64,000 nt of DNA from the human T2T-CHM13v2.0 reference genome, Homo sapiens. Shown piece by piece: positions 50,597-64,000 of this stretch (position 1 is the first letter of the stretch; each line of letters opens with the position of its first letter). The stretch is from the NCBI RefSeq assembly GCF_009914755.1, contig NC_060925.1. One strand, given 5' to 3'. Under the pieces are notes generated by a model. It was given only the letters and a program-made list of their open reading frames with translations. It did no database searches and had not been told where the DNA came from. The position numbers were made by a program, and so were the translations under genes.

Positions 50597-50866
50597 TTAG
50601 AAAAAACATCCATCAGTCTGAGGCTGCCAAATGAGGGAACCATGGGAGAGGCAAGGGCACAGGATATGAGACAGAGGCCCTGAGGTGACGCCAGCTTCGC
50701 CCCTTCATTACAGGCATGTTACTTGACCTCTTATGCCTCAAGATCCTCAGCAGTGAATGGAGATGGTAACAATGGTGTACCTACCTCACAGGCATAAGCA
50801 CTCACTGAGATAACAGTCAGAGTGCTCTGTAAACCACAGGCAAATGACTGTTTTCAAAAATTATCG

Positions 50867-51295
<429 letters not shown>

Positions 51296-51560
51296 CTAGT
51301 ATTGGATCAGAACAGGAAGTGGGTGGAGGTAGAGTAGGAATCAGTTTCATAAGGCATAAGTGCAAGTGACGTGGAGAGACAGTGCTGGAACCAGCCCCTG
51401 GATGGAGGGGGCCTGGGTGGCCTCCTGGAGCCCTGCAGCTGCTGAGGGATTTGACATATGACTTGGAAGCCTTGAGAGTGTGTGGGAACCACCAGCTAGC
51501 ATGTCAGACGCCCAGGTAAGGCCACGGAGTGCCTGTTTTGCACTGGCCTTTATGACCCTA

Positions 51561-51824
<264 letters not shown>

Positions 51825-52560
51825 TTATCAGGGAAGCCCCATCGTAGGCCACGGAACACACAGAAGTCTTGCTCCTCACAGCCGTTCCCCTGAGGGCCAG
51901 GGGTTCTCGCTGTCTGGCCTTGCAGGCAGAAGCCTCTCACCTGGACTGTACTTGCTCACTACAGCCCCCTCGCTCTCTTGGCCTCACAAACTGTCCCCTC
52001 AGTTACTGAGCCAAGACAAAGTAGCAGGTGACGATGAACCAACTCATCAATCCCAATTTCTATGACCACAGGAAATGAAGGTTATTTCTGGGCCTGCAGG
52101 ACAACTGCCGTTCTCTAAAAGCCCTGGGCTCACGTTACAGGACAGGCCCCACAGCATGGCTGAAAAGAGCAAATGCATGAGGAGTCTTTAGAAGACGTAA
52201 GATCAGGTTCCAGCCAAGCCACCTGACAGCGACAGTGGTGGCCAAGTCCCCAAATCGGAGCTGGCTCCTGATGCACTCGCTGCATACAGAAACTGGCCTC
52301 GGGGACGGTGGGGGGAACTAAGGATGCCATGCTTCTGACAATGCCTGGCACAGTGGCTGGCACACAGCAGATCCTGGAGATGTATCAAGTCTGTTTCATT
52401 AACCAGACTACAGAAAATCTGTATAAAGACACAAATCTCAGTAGCTTCTCTAGTCACAATTAACTGTTTGGAAACTCCCATTTAAGGTCCAAAGAAACGC
52501 TGATACTCTATTTTGGGATTCTGTGCAATAAACCTATCCCTGCTCTAAAGAGCCTTACAG

Positions 52561-52920
<360 letters not shown>

Positions 52921-53249
52921 CTATACCTACTCCCCCATCTCTCCCTCTTTCCATTCTCTTCTGTCCTGTAGAGAAAACTCAAGTCTCTCAAGGGAGCTGC
53001 CCAGAGTCCCGTGTGCATACACAGTCGTGCATGCAGGCAGGGACGTGCATTCCGTCCGTGCCGTGTGTCACATGGAGAAAGACACAATCCCTTGTGATGA
53101 AAGTGGCCCCCAAATGCAGTAAGGTGCTTTCGCTCATGGACCTGGCCCCAGAATGAAAAAGAATGGAGAGCAGCTGTACGTGCAGAGAGTGGCGCTGTGG
53201 ATGGCGGAGGGCTCTGCCATCAGCAGCAAGCAGCACGGGTGTAACTTAC

Positions 53250-53344
53250 CTCTCCCAAGTCACGGATCCTCTTTAGGAAGCGCTTTTCAAAATGTGTGGG
53301 GTCCACTTCAGTTGCTGGTTTTTTTTCTGAAACAATATCTGGAT
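53250..53344 (-). CDS. JAK1: JAK1 exon 19 ([31 protein letters not shown])
   Basis: 95 nt; ctgttag| acceptor and GAG|gtaagt donor. Confidence 0.97.
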
Positions 53345-53432
53345 CTAACAGAAGAGAAAAGAAAACAGAGTGAAAGGCAGTCGATTGCCAGGGATTGCCA
53401 CCCAGGCTCCTGTTTCTCCCCAAGCTGGGTTA

Positions 53433-53648
<216 letters not shown>

Positions 53649-55789
53649 CTACAAACTTCTCAGCCCCAGGTCAGGTGGAATTGCCAATTCCTCATTCGAT
53701 TCTCAACATCTCCACTTACAGGTAGATTTCATAAGTGTTTGTTACTGCTGCCTTATTCTTGCAAGGGGAAATCACAGTCCTAATACTGAATAGTCCAAAT
53801 TCAAGGAGACTGGGCACTATAGCCCAGTCCCAAAAAGCTTCATTCAAGTAAAGGCATGCAGCCTTTCTGGAATACAATTGGGCAACATGTACAAAAATCT
53901 TCAGATTCTTCAAACCCTCTGATGCATTAACTTCAATGACTGAATGACTCAGAAATAAATCAGATATGAACAAATATTTATGTACAAGGATGTTTCCTGC
54001 AGAATTAGACAGAACACTGGAAATTTGAAAACTTAAATGCCAAATATAAAATTAGTCAAGTAAATTAAACAAAACAATTAACTCTTACATTAAATTTGTA
54101 AAAATTATGATTTAATCTCACAGGAAAGCATTCTCAGTATTAAATGAAAAAACTCAGAATTTTATATAACTCTATCTAGCATGGCCCCAATTTTGTTTAA
54201 AAAAGAGAGATACAAACAGGCTGGAAGACAAAATGCCAAAGTGTTAACAGTGGTCAGGGATGACAAGAATGCAGTGATTGCTATTTTCTTTTTTTAATAG
54301 TTTCATTTTAAAAATGTTCTTCAACTGTTTATTACTTTAAATTTTAGAAACAAGAACTTATGCTACTTTTGGAAGATGAAGTGAAACCACTGCATTCCAG
54401 TTTCTACTTCATAGCTGGACTCCAAGGGTACTAAGTTCCTCTCTGGTCCCCGTGGGCCCTGGGGTGGGGTGGGGTGGGCAGGCCCCAGAGGACAGGGAGG
54501 AGGGAGGACTGGAATTAAGGAGCTGAGAATTGCTCTTGTCCTTGAGTGTCACTCACACATCCCTGCGTCAGTGCAGCCTGCAGAAAAGCCATCTAACCCA
54601 AGGGGACTTAGGTGGAGAGAGACCCCTATTTTATTAAAGACACGGGTCCTTCCTTACACCACCCTGTATGCTGTTCAGCCCAGGGTACGCAGCACGTGCT
54701 CAATAAATACTGACTGATGACAAAGGGTATGTTGTTTCATTTCCAAGGATCCAAGGAAGTTAAAAATAAATATGAATTTCCCAAAAGCCTAGGCTGAAAA
54801 TTCCAAATAGCAGATCTGTAGATCTGATGGTTTCCCTGCGGGTTTAAGATCCTTTCCCAAGTCCTGCACCATCATTAACTGGCAAGTCATAAAGGTTCTA
54901 CCTCTTCAATATCTCCCACCCTGCACTCTGGACTTCCGCTGCCATTTCCGGACATGGGGCTCCCATTGCTGAGAGACTCGGGGCCCCTGTCTCCCTCCAG
55001 GTCTCTCCTCTGTCCATCCCAGCTACTGCATCCAGAAGAACATCCCAAGGCCGACCTCCAAGCCCCTCCCTCCTCCACCCAAATCCTTCCTTGTCCCATG
55101 CCACCCCCAGTAAAATGTAGGTTCTGCAGCCTGGAATCAGGGACTTTAAAAATCTGAACCCAAATGGCCTTTCCCACCTGATCACTGTTATTCCCTTCCC
55201 CACTCCAGACACTCAAGGCCAGGCACACCAAACTACCCAGGCTCCCGACACAGCACTGAAACCAGGCTCTCACAGCCGAAACTGATGCCTGCCCCCTCTA
55301 AACAACAGGAGCACATTCCAATTACAGTCACTGAGATGAAGGGACAATGGTCTTTCATTGTGATTTTTACTACTTTACCCCTTTGGAGTTAGAGTCTCCA
55401 CTTTTTCCACAGGTAGATTTGGAGGAGGTCCACACCTCGCCTGTTTTGCATTCTAGCTGAGGAACCCAGGTAAGTGGGGCTACCTGAGTCTCAGTTACCT
55501 GATCTGTCAAATGAGGGTAATGACACCATCCTACCTAATTTGCAGGGCTCTTAGGGTGACACTTTCAGGTATTCTTTCTGGAATTCTTACCGTTGTTATT
55601 TTAGCCTAACTCCCTACCATACCCTAAGGCCCTCAAGGGAAGGCAAGGCCTGTATCTTATTTTATAGTGAACCTCCAGCTTTTCCCAAGCTTGATGCTTG
55701 ATACACAATAGGAACTCCATATGTATTTGTGTGGTAATGCTGAATAACAGGCACTTAAAATCTCAGATAAATAATACTATAACATCTAT

Positions 55790-56269
<480 letters not shown>

Positions 56270-56575
56270 TCAATTACTGTCACTGCAGCCAGAACAGTGA
56301 GCCAATGAAGGAACTACTTCAAGCAGTGTGCCCAAACATGGCCCATGGCCACATAGGCCCTGTGCGGGGGGCCTGCAGGCGTGCAGCCCTCCAAGCCACC
56401 ACCAGCACTTCTGATACATCAGTCTGGGTCACAGCCAGCAGATGGGTCCCTGCCTCCAAGCTCCCCAGGAGGGTCGTGTGAAGCCAGGCTTCTGAAGCCC
56501 TGGCCTTAGGATCAGCAAAACATCCCAGGGTGGGGGCCATCACCCAGGGCAGGAGGACGAACGGGGGCTCGTTCA

Positions 56576-56926
<351 letters not shown>

Positions 56927-57489
56927 CTATTTCCAACCCTGGTCCCTCAGGTCATCTCTTCCTACCCCCAGCTACAGCCAGATCTGGACAGCCTGGCCCT
57001 GCTGCCAATCATCTGTGTGACTTAGGCACATCACAGGTGCCCCTTGGCTCCAGCTCCCTCATCACTGAATGTGGCTAAATAGTGGCACGTATCTCATTGG
57101 GCTTCGTGAGCATGATACTGATTAGAATCTGTGAAACGCCTGAACAGCTGACCCATGGTGAGCACTCCACACGTCAGCTACTAGATGCTGGCAGTTCACT
57201 CATTCACTCAACACGTACTGCACTGCTTTCAGCCTTGCCATCCATATGCTGCAGTATGCAAGTCGGCCCTCTGACGTGCTAACATTTCCCACTAAACAGA
57301 ACTCATGTGAGCACAGGGAACGGCCCCAAACGACCATCTTCAGTAAGCACCAGGCACACCTTTGTTCAACCACAGAGCCCTGGCCCCATGGAACCCAAGG
57401 ACAGGCCCCTCTAGCTGCTTGCTTAGCACCTCCTTCCTGCCACCCCTCCCAGGACACTCTGGTTTCTGGTGGGACCATTATGGACATCA

Positions 57490-57693
<204 letters not shown>

Positions 57694-58636
57694 TTACGAC
57701 AGTCCACTTCAGTGGACACTACTCGGCCTCAGAGTACACAGATATCCTTGGGGGGTGCAATGGTGCAGGGGCTTCAGAGCTGGAAAGGCCAAGTTCAACC
57801 CCAAGCTCTTCTTCTAAACGGTGGCACTGAGCAAGTGACACTTCTCTGAGCCTCAATTCCCTCATCTGTAATAACAGATGGCGGCTAAATGTCACAAGGC
57901 CTGGAAAGCCTTGGCGGAGGGCCTGACACAGAGAACAAGGGCTCTGGGAACAACCGCCACCACTGCTGCTGTTCTACAACACACTGTGATGCAGAGGTCA
58001 GGCCGCTCACACGGCAAAACTTCCCTCTCAACAGGACTCCTGTGTGAGTACACGGAACAGCTCACATTGTTGGATTCCACAGGGAAGAAGTCACTTGGGG
58101 TTAAAAAAAAAATCGCTCTTCTTCCAAACTTACATGTCAGGAACTCAGAGGCCAAGGCCACCCCTCCATCTCAGTGTGCAGCAGCAGCCCAAGGGCCCAC
58201 CGGCTCAGTGGCTTGACAACCAAGAAAGGGCCAAGCCTGCCTGTGGTTAAAATGGAAGCCAGTCCATTCGAGGAGCCAGCGTCTTGCTGCTTGTGGGGTG
58301 CGCTCACCTCGCTCACCTGCCCAGAGCTCCTTGGGCCTGACTCTTGTGGCCTTGACCTCATTTCACTCACCTCAGCCTCCCAGGTCTAGCACAGTGTAGG
58401 GTTCTTGCCAGCGTTGACAAGAAAACATTACACAAATGAATGAAAAGCAATTGGTTTTAGTTCCACCTCCACTATTAACTTAAGCAAATGACCTGCTCAG
58501 TCCCTCAATCTCCTCAACTGCAAAAAGAAAGGCAAGAAGCCTGGGCAACGTGAGGGTGGGAAGAGCCTCCACCATCTCCACAGCACCCAAGCTCCCCAGC
58601 CAGGCCACCCACCCCTTTGAAAGAGAACACACTTAC

Positions 58637-58724
58637 TCTCCACGTCGCGGACACAGACGCCATAGAGGTACACGATGTGTTTGTGGGAGACCTGTCTCAT
58701 CATGCTGGCTGCCTCGAAGAAGGC
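58637..58724 (-). CDS. JAK1: JAK1 exon 14 ([29 protein letters not shown]); contains V658 (GTC, wild type, 58652-58650)
   Basis: 88 nt; ccacag| acceptor and |gtaagt donor. Confidence 0.97.
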
Positions 58725-59504
58725 CTGTGGGCGAGCAGGACATAGGAATGTCTCAGGCCAGCCTCCAGGGGGCTGCTCCCCAGGGGCTCTGTTGAGGGGA
58801 AAGCCAGTGGACCCAGGAAAGCTCACCACTGTCGCCACCCCAGGCCCTGAACATCAATCCTCTGGCCTTGGCTGTCCAGAGGCACTGTCAAGCCTTGTTC
58901 TCTGGGCCAACCTGGCAGGGATGTGAGGTTTATTTAGAAAACCTAACAGGATGCAGAGCAGGGCTGGTGGGAGAAGCTGGCTAAGAATTTTCCCACTGGA
59001 TACTCATGCCCACCTCTCTCTCTTCCTTTCAGCTCTGGGAAATACCCATATTTAGCACTATGCTGGAACAAAGGGGAAATGAAGGCAGCCGATCTCTGCT
59101 CAAGATTTGACTGTGTCACTCTAATAGTCTGTAGAATCCTGGGTGAGTCCTTTTACTCCTCTGGGCTTTCGTTTTCCAGACTGTGTGGTGAGAGCCATGG
59201 ACTGTATCAGGAACTTTGAACCATTTGGCCAGAGTCCTAGGGCTCCACAGCACAGCCACCTGGACCTGTCCTTAGGAAAGGTGGGGGTTGGGGGTGGAGG
59301 GGAGGGCACAGGCTGAGTGTGAGGAGCTGTTCAACCCACCTCACTTACTCTACATGCAGGGTCCACTAAGATCATATGTGGAGAAAAAAATTCTGAGTAA
59401 AAGGCAAGTTTGAAAACCACTGGGCCACAAGAAGGGCAAGGGTTCTTCTCAACCCATTGTGTTCCACTGGCTCCAGAAACGGGAGAGGGGAGGGGAGGAG
59501 TTCA

Positions 59505-59750
<246 letters not shown>

Positions 59751-61182
59751 CTATCAATGGGATGGGGCAAAGGCAAGAGGGCTCCCTGCCCCAGCTCGTG
59801 GTCCCCAGGCCTCCAGAGAAAACAACAAGCTATTTGGCCAAACACAGTGGTGACATTTGCTGGGCCCCAGGAGACAGTCCTCCTACTCCCTAAACGGCTC
59901 CTTGCTTTCTACCCCTAGGAACAGCCTTTGGCCAAAACACAGTCCTAACATGTCAGGACACTGCAAACAGGGCCATCAACAGCCAGACACATGGGTCCCA
60001 CCCCAGGCCTCCAGAGAAGACTCAAGAGAGGAGCCCCCAGGCAGCTCCTCTACTCACAGGCTGTGCTACCCTGTGAAGAGGCTTGCAAATCCCAGCTCTA
60101 CTACCCGCTGGCCATGTGACATGGGGGCAATCTCTGCCCACTTTCTGCAAATGGAGGTAATAATGGTACTGACCTCATAGGGCTGTGGTAAGAATCAAAC
60201 CAGGAAACAGGGATGGAGGCTCCTGGTACAGACTCAGGCACACGGGGGGGTGCGTAGAAACCCATCTGGTGGATCCATGTGTTATCTGAAGCCCTCTGGC
60301 ACAGGTAGGCACAGTTTCTCACACTGGAACCATCTGTTTCCCATCCATTTATCCAGTGTGTGTGCTCATGTGTGTGCATGCACGTTAGGATTTAAAATTA
60401 GTGGTGCAAAGTACACCTGCATTTGCCCTGGCAACCTCACAGAGGAGATGGCAATGTGAAGATGAAGGTGGAGCCTGGGGTGATGTGTCCTGGATTTCCT
60501 GACATGTGAAAGGGAACAATACCCCCAGATGAGTGGCAGGAGGACTGAATGAGATGATCCGTGCAAAGCCCTAGCCATACCATGATCTATTTCTGAGGAC
60601 CCTTCCAGTTCAAGTTGCAATAATTCTGCTTTTAAAATTCTTAATATTTGGAAATCGAAATGGGATTCACGAAACTTAGGCAATGTCAAGTTGTTGACAT
60701 TAGCACCACAAAACTTGTAAACTGAAGATCCATTATTCTATTATTTGAGGACCCCCTGGAAATGCAGAAAAGGGACTGTCGCTGATACCTAGGGAATCAG
60801 TCTTATCCCCCATAGGAACATACACCATTGTTAATCAGGTATATTAATTTGCACAAATGCCACCATTTGTCATCTGTCAGAGCCGAATGGCGATGCATCC
60901 ACCCTGTCTGCTGTATCCTGGCAAGGTCTTTGGCTATTCATTAAAGCTGCATCTGTCATGAAGTGATCCATCAAGGTTATGGGAAGCTGTATTCCCAGAA
61001 CATCCCGTAAAAGCCATATGCTTTCAGAATAATTGCTCTTCCCGTGGCCAAGTCATGACACCATGCTGTCAGGATTCTGCAGGGACCCACAAAGGCCCAT
61101 ATGGCCCACTTCATCCTCCTCTGATGCTGTTCCCTCCACCTTGCCTAGCTACTTGAGTTCATCCTCCAGGAGGAGACCCTGA

Positions 61183-61494
<312 letters not shown>

Positions 61495-62791
61495 CTGGGA
61501 CTCTGCTTTGATACCGCTTCCCCCAGGAAGCTATCTCCGTCCTCTCAAGATTAGGTCCACATCCTGCTGTACTTCCCTACTTTGGAACTTGACTCTTGCT
61601 AATGTGATTACCCCCTCAAAATAGACAGGAGCCTGCTGAAGCAGCAATCGTGCCTCGCACGTGTAATGCTTGATCTCTGTTGGCTAAGTGGATGTGGAAG
61701 GCATGGAGGATGGTGGTTACCTGCTTGGAGGCTCGAGGCAAGGGAAAAGAGGCAGGCCCCACAGACTATGTCAAGTTCTACACAGAAAAGAGGCTATGAA
61801 ACTGTGGCTCTGGTGACTGTAATCTCAGGACACAGCTCTCACACCACGAGAGGAATAGAGAACAATGATGGGCCTTTGGTGAAGAAATGTACCACGAGGG
61901 AAGTGAGGCAGTTTAGCTGTGGATTTCCACTCCCTCAAGCCCCATCCAACAATCTCGGGGACTCACTGAAAAAGGTAAAGTAACAAACCCCCGAGTGCCA
62001 CTCTCCCCAGGCTCCTTCACAGCAGGCAGCTTCCGCCTCACCCTCCAACACCTCCAAGGCGCTGCCATCTCCCGAGGTGGTGAGTGGCCCCGTGCTTGCT
62101 TCTCTCCAAGGCTGCCGCACCATCTCCCTGATACCCCAACGCGTGGCCCTATGCAACAGGGCTGGGGAGCGGCGGCAGAACAGAAAGTGGGCTTTCCCTG
62201 GGCCTCACACCACCAGCAACAGCTCCAGGGCAGCCCCTGGGGAGATCCTGGGCTCCCCGCTCAGCCTGTAGATTCTGGGCAAAAAGGCCTCCAAAGACTG
62301 GGATCTGTTTCTCAAGATAGTTCTCCTTCAGGCCCAGAGTGTGCATGTCCTCTTGTTCCCTCCCTGTGTTCTCTCCTCCTGAGCTCTGCTCCTTCTGGAA
62401 GCATCATCAGAAAGTGCAGGACTGAACTCTGGAGGTGCTCCATCACACAGCCTGCTGCAGGCAGCGAGGGGTGATGGCCATGCTCCCCTGTGGAGAGCCA
62501 CCTCCTGCCCTGCCACCCCTTCAGCTCACCACAGAAGGTCCCTGCTGTTCTAGGTAACCCCACAAAGCCTGACCAAACCACTTACCTCAAAACATGTCTC
62601 TGAGGAGCATCAGCAAGGGTGAAGAGGATGGAGGCAATGGTTGTACGGCTTTTGCCATCAAAGGAAAGTCTCCCTGTTCTTTTTCTACTAAGATTTCCCC
62701 AAACACAGCCTTCCTTCCCCCAGATCCCCAAGCTGCTCCATCGTGGGGAGGCAGGACCACAGCTGGCCCACACCCTGCAGCCGTGACTCAC

Positions 62792-62898
62792 CTGCACCAG
62801 ATCCTTCTTGAGGATCCGATCGAAACTCAGCTGGCTCATGGGGTAGACGGGCTGCCACTCCTGGGCTTTCTTAGTAGCCACCAGCAGGTTGGAGATTT
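62792..62898 (-). CDS. JAK1: JAK1 exon 12 ([19 protein letters not shown]...KKDLVQ)
   Basis: 107 nt; ttccacag| acceptor and CAG|gtgagt donor. Confidence 0.97.
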
Positions 62899-64000
62899 CT
62901 GTGGAAGAGATTGGGGGAGTCTGAGCACAGCACCCAAGATCCGAGCTCTCAGACAGCCAACGTCTGCTGAGCCGGGGCCATGGGACCGGTGTGCGGGCGC
63001 TTGCTGCTTCAGTCATTCGACAAGTGCTTATTCAATAGGCATATGGCTCCTACCCTCCAGGAGCTCAGAGGGTAACGACAGAGCCAAAACTCCCAAATAA
63101 ACAATTAAATGGAAAGCTACAATTTGTTCAGCTCCTCTAAAGAACAGGTGTGTGGTGCTCCAAGGTTGGCATGGCAAGATCTGTTCTGGTAAGAAAGGTC
63201 AGAAACAGTTTCCCTAATGAAATTAAAATTTAAAATGTAAGACTGGAAACTGAAAGAAGTCAGAGACTGTCTATCTTATTTTCTTCTCCACCCCCACAGC
63301 CCGGTACATAGTAGGCACTCAATTATTATTTGTTAAATGAGTGAATGAATGACTGGCGTCTTTCTAAAGGATGAGAGCTATGGAAGGAAGAAGCAGTACC
63401 CGGGCCCAGGGCATGATGGGAACCAGAGGAGGAGGTGAACAAACGCTGGTTTTGAGCCAGAAGATCAGGGCAGGAGACCCATAACAGTGCCCTGTCTGAA
63501 GCTCGTGGTACCAGCAGTGCCTGACATGGAGAGGCGCTTACCAAATGCCCCCTCAATATGCAGGTTTAAGTAGACTATCCCCCAGATTCTACTGATTCAA
63601 ACAGCAAACCCAACACACTACAAAATCCTCGAGGCCAGGAAATCTACAATCCATAGAAATCACCTTTCCCGCTATGGAGCTACTGCAAGGAACGAGGTTA
63701 TCATAAGGCAAGAAAGGACCTTCCAGATTCTGACTAGCAGGGAAAGTATTCTGGGAATCTCTGAAGACTTGTATGTTTTCATCAATTTTATTAACTGAAG
63801 CAGGAATATTAGCAAAATGACAACGAACATGCATTTCCCTTCACTTCCTCTTTCCTGCACTAGAAGACAATAACAAGTTAGGGGAGAAAATGTAGCCATT
63901 CCAGTCCTGATTCCTGGACTGTAACAGAAGGAAGTTCCTAAAAGAACATCTGTAGAACAGCCAGGCACAACCCATGGAGGCCACCACACACACCGCTGGG

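Noticed and set aside
60992-61000. Isolated GAS-like motifs (also ~43101, ~45800, ~63749)
   Set aside because: Single TTCN3GAA matches are expected many times by chance in 64 kb; no clustering or context.
61995-63100. 159-aa and 168-aa + strand ORFs antisense to JAK1 intron/exon 12
   Set aside because: Expected in GC-rich, stop-poor sequence; no splice, domain or promoter support.

Overview
Human-type genomic DNA from the RAVER2/JAK1 locus (1p31.3, recognised from the encoded proteins). The + strand carries the last 8 coding exons of RAVER2 (exons 5-12, 1404-42991, 365 aa) and its ~2.2 kb 3'UTR. The - strand carries the last 14 coding exons of JAK1 (exons 12-25, 62898-46565: pseudokinase JH2 plus kinase JH1, aa 550-1154) and its ~1.3 kb 3'UTR. 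All 22 exons splice in frame. The genes converge tail-to-tail, with poly(A) signals ~30 bp apart near 45.2 kb. RAVER2 introns are AT-rich and packed with Alu, L1, LTR and DNA-transposon relics; nearly all ORF-track entries outside exons are repeat-derived or antisense noise. I found no new protein-coding system. The best lead is a MER41 ERV fragment (13518-14431) that looks like an L1-retrotransposed polyadenylated transcript (PPT+U3+R+polyA, ~20-bp TSD) and retains two intact tandem GAS (STAT) motifs ~31 kb from the JAK1 3' end. Other leads are the interlocked 3' ends, a GC-AG intron in JAK1, candidate alternative-processing sites in RAVER2 and several unusual retrotransposon structures. Repeat subfamily names, exon numbers and residue numbers come from recalled consensus/reference sequences, not from searches.
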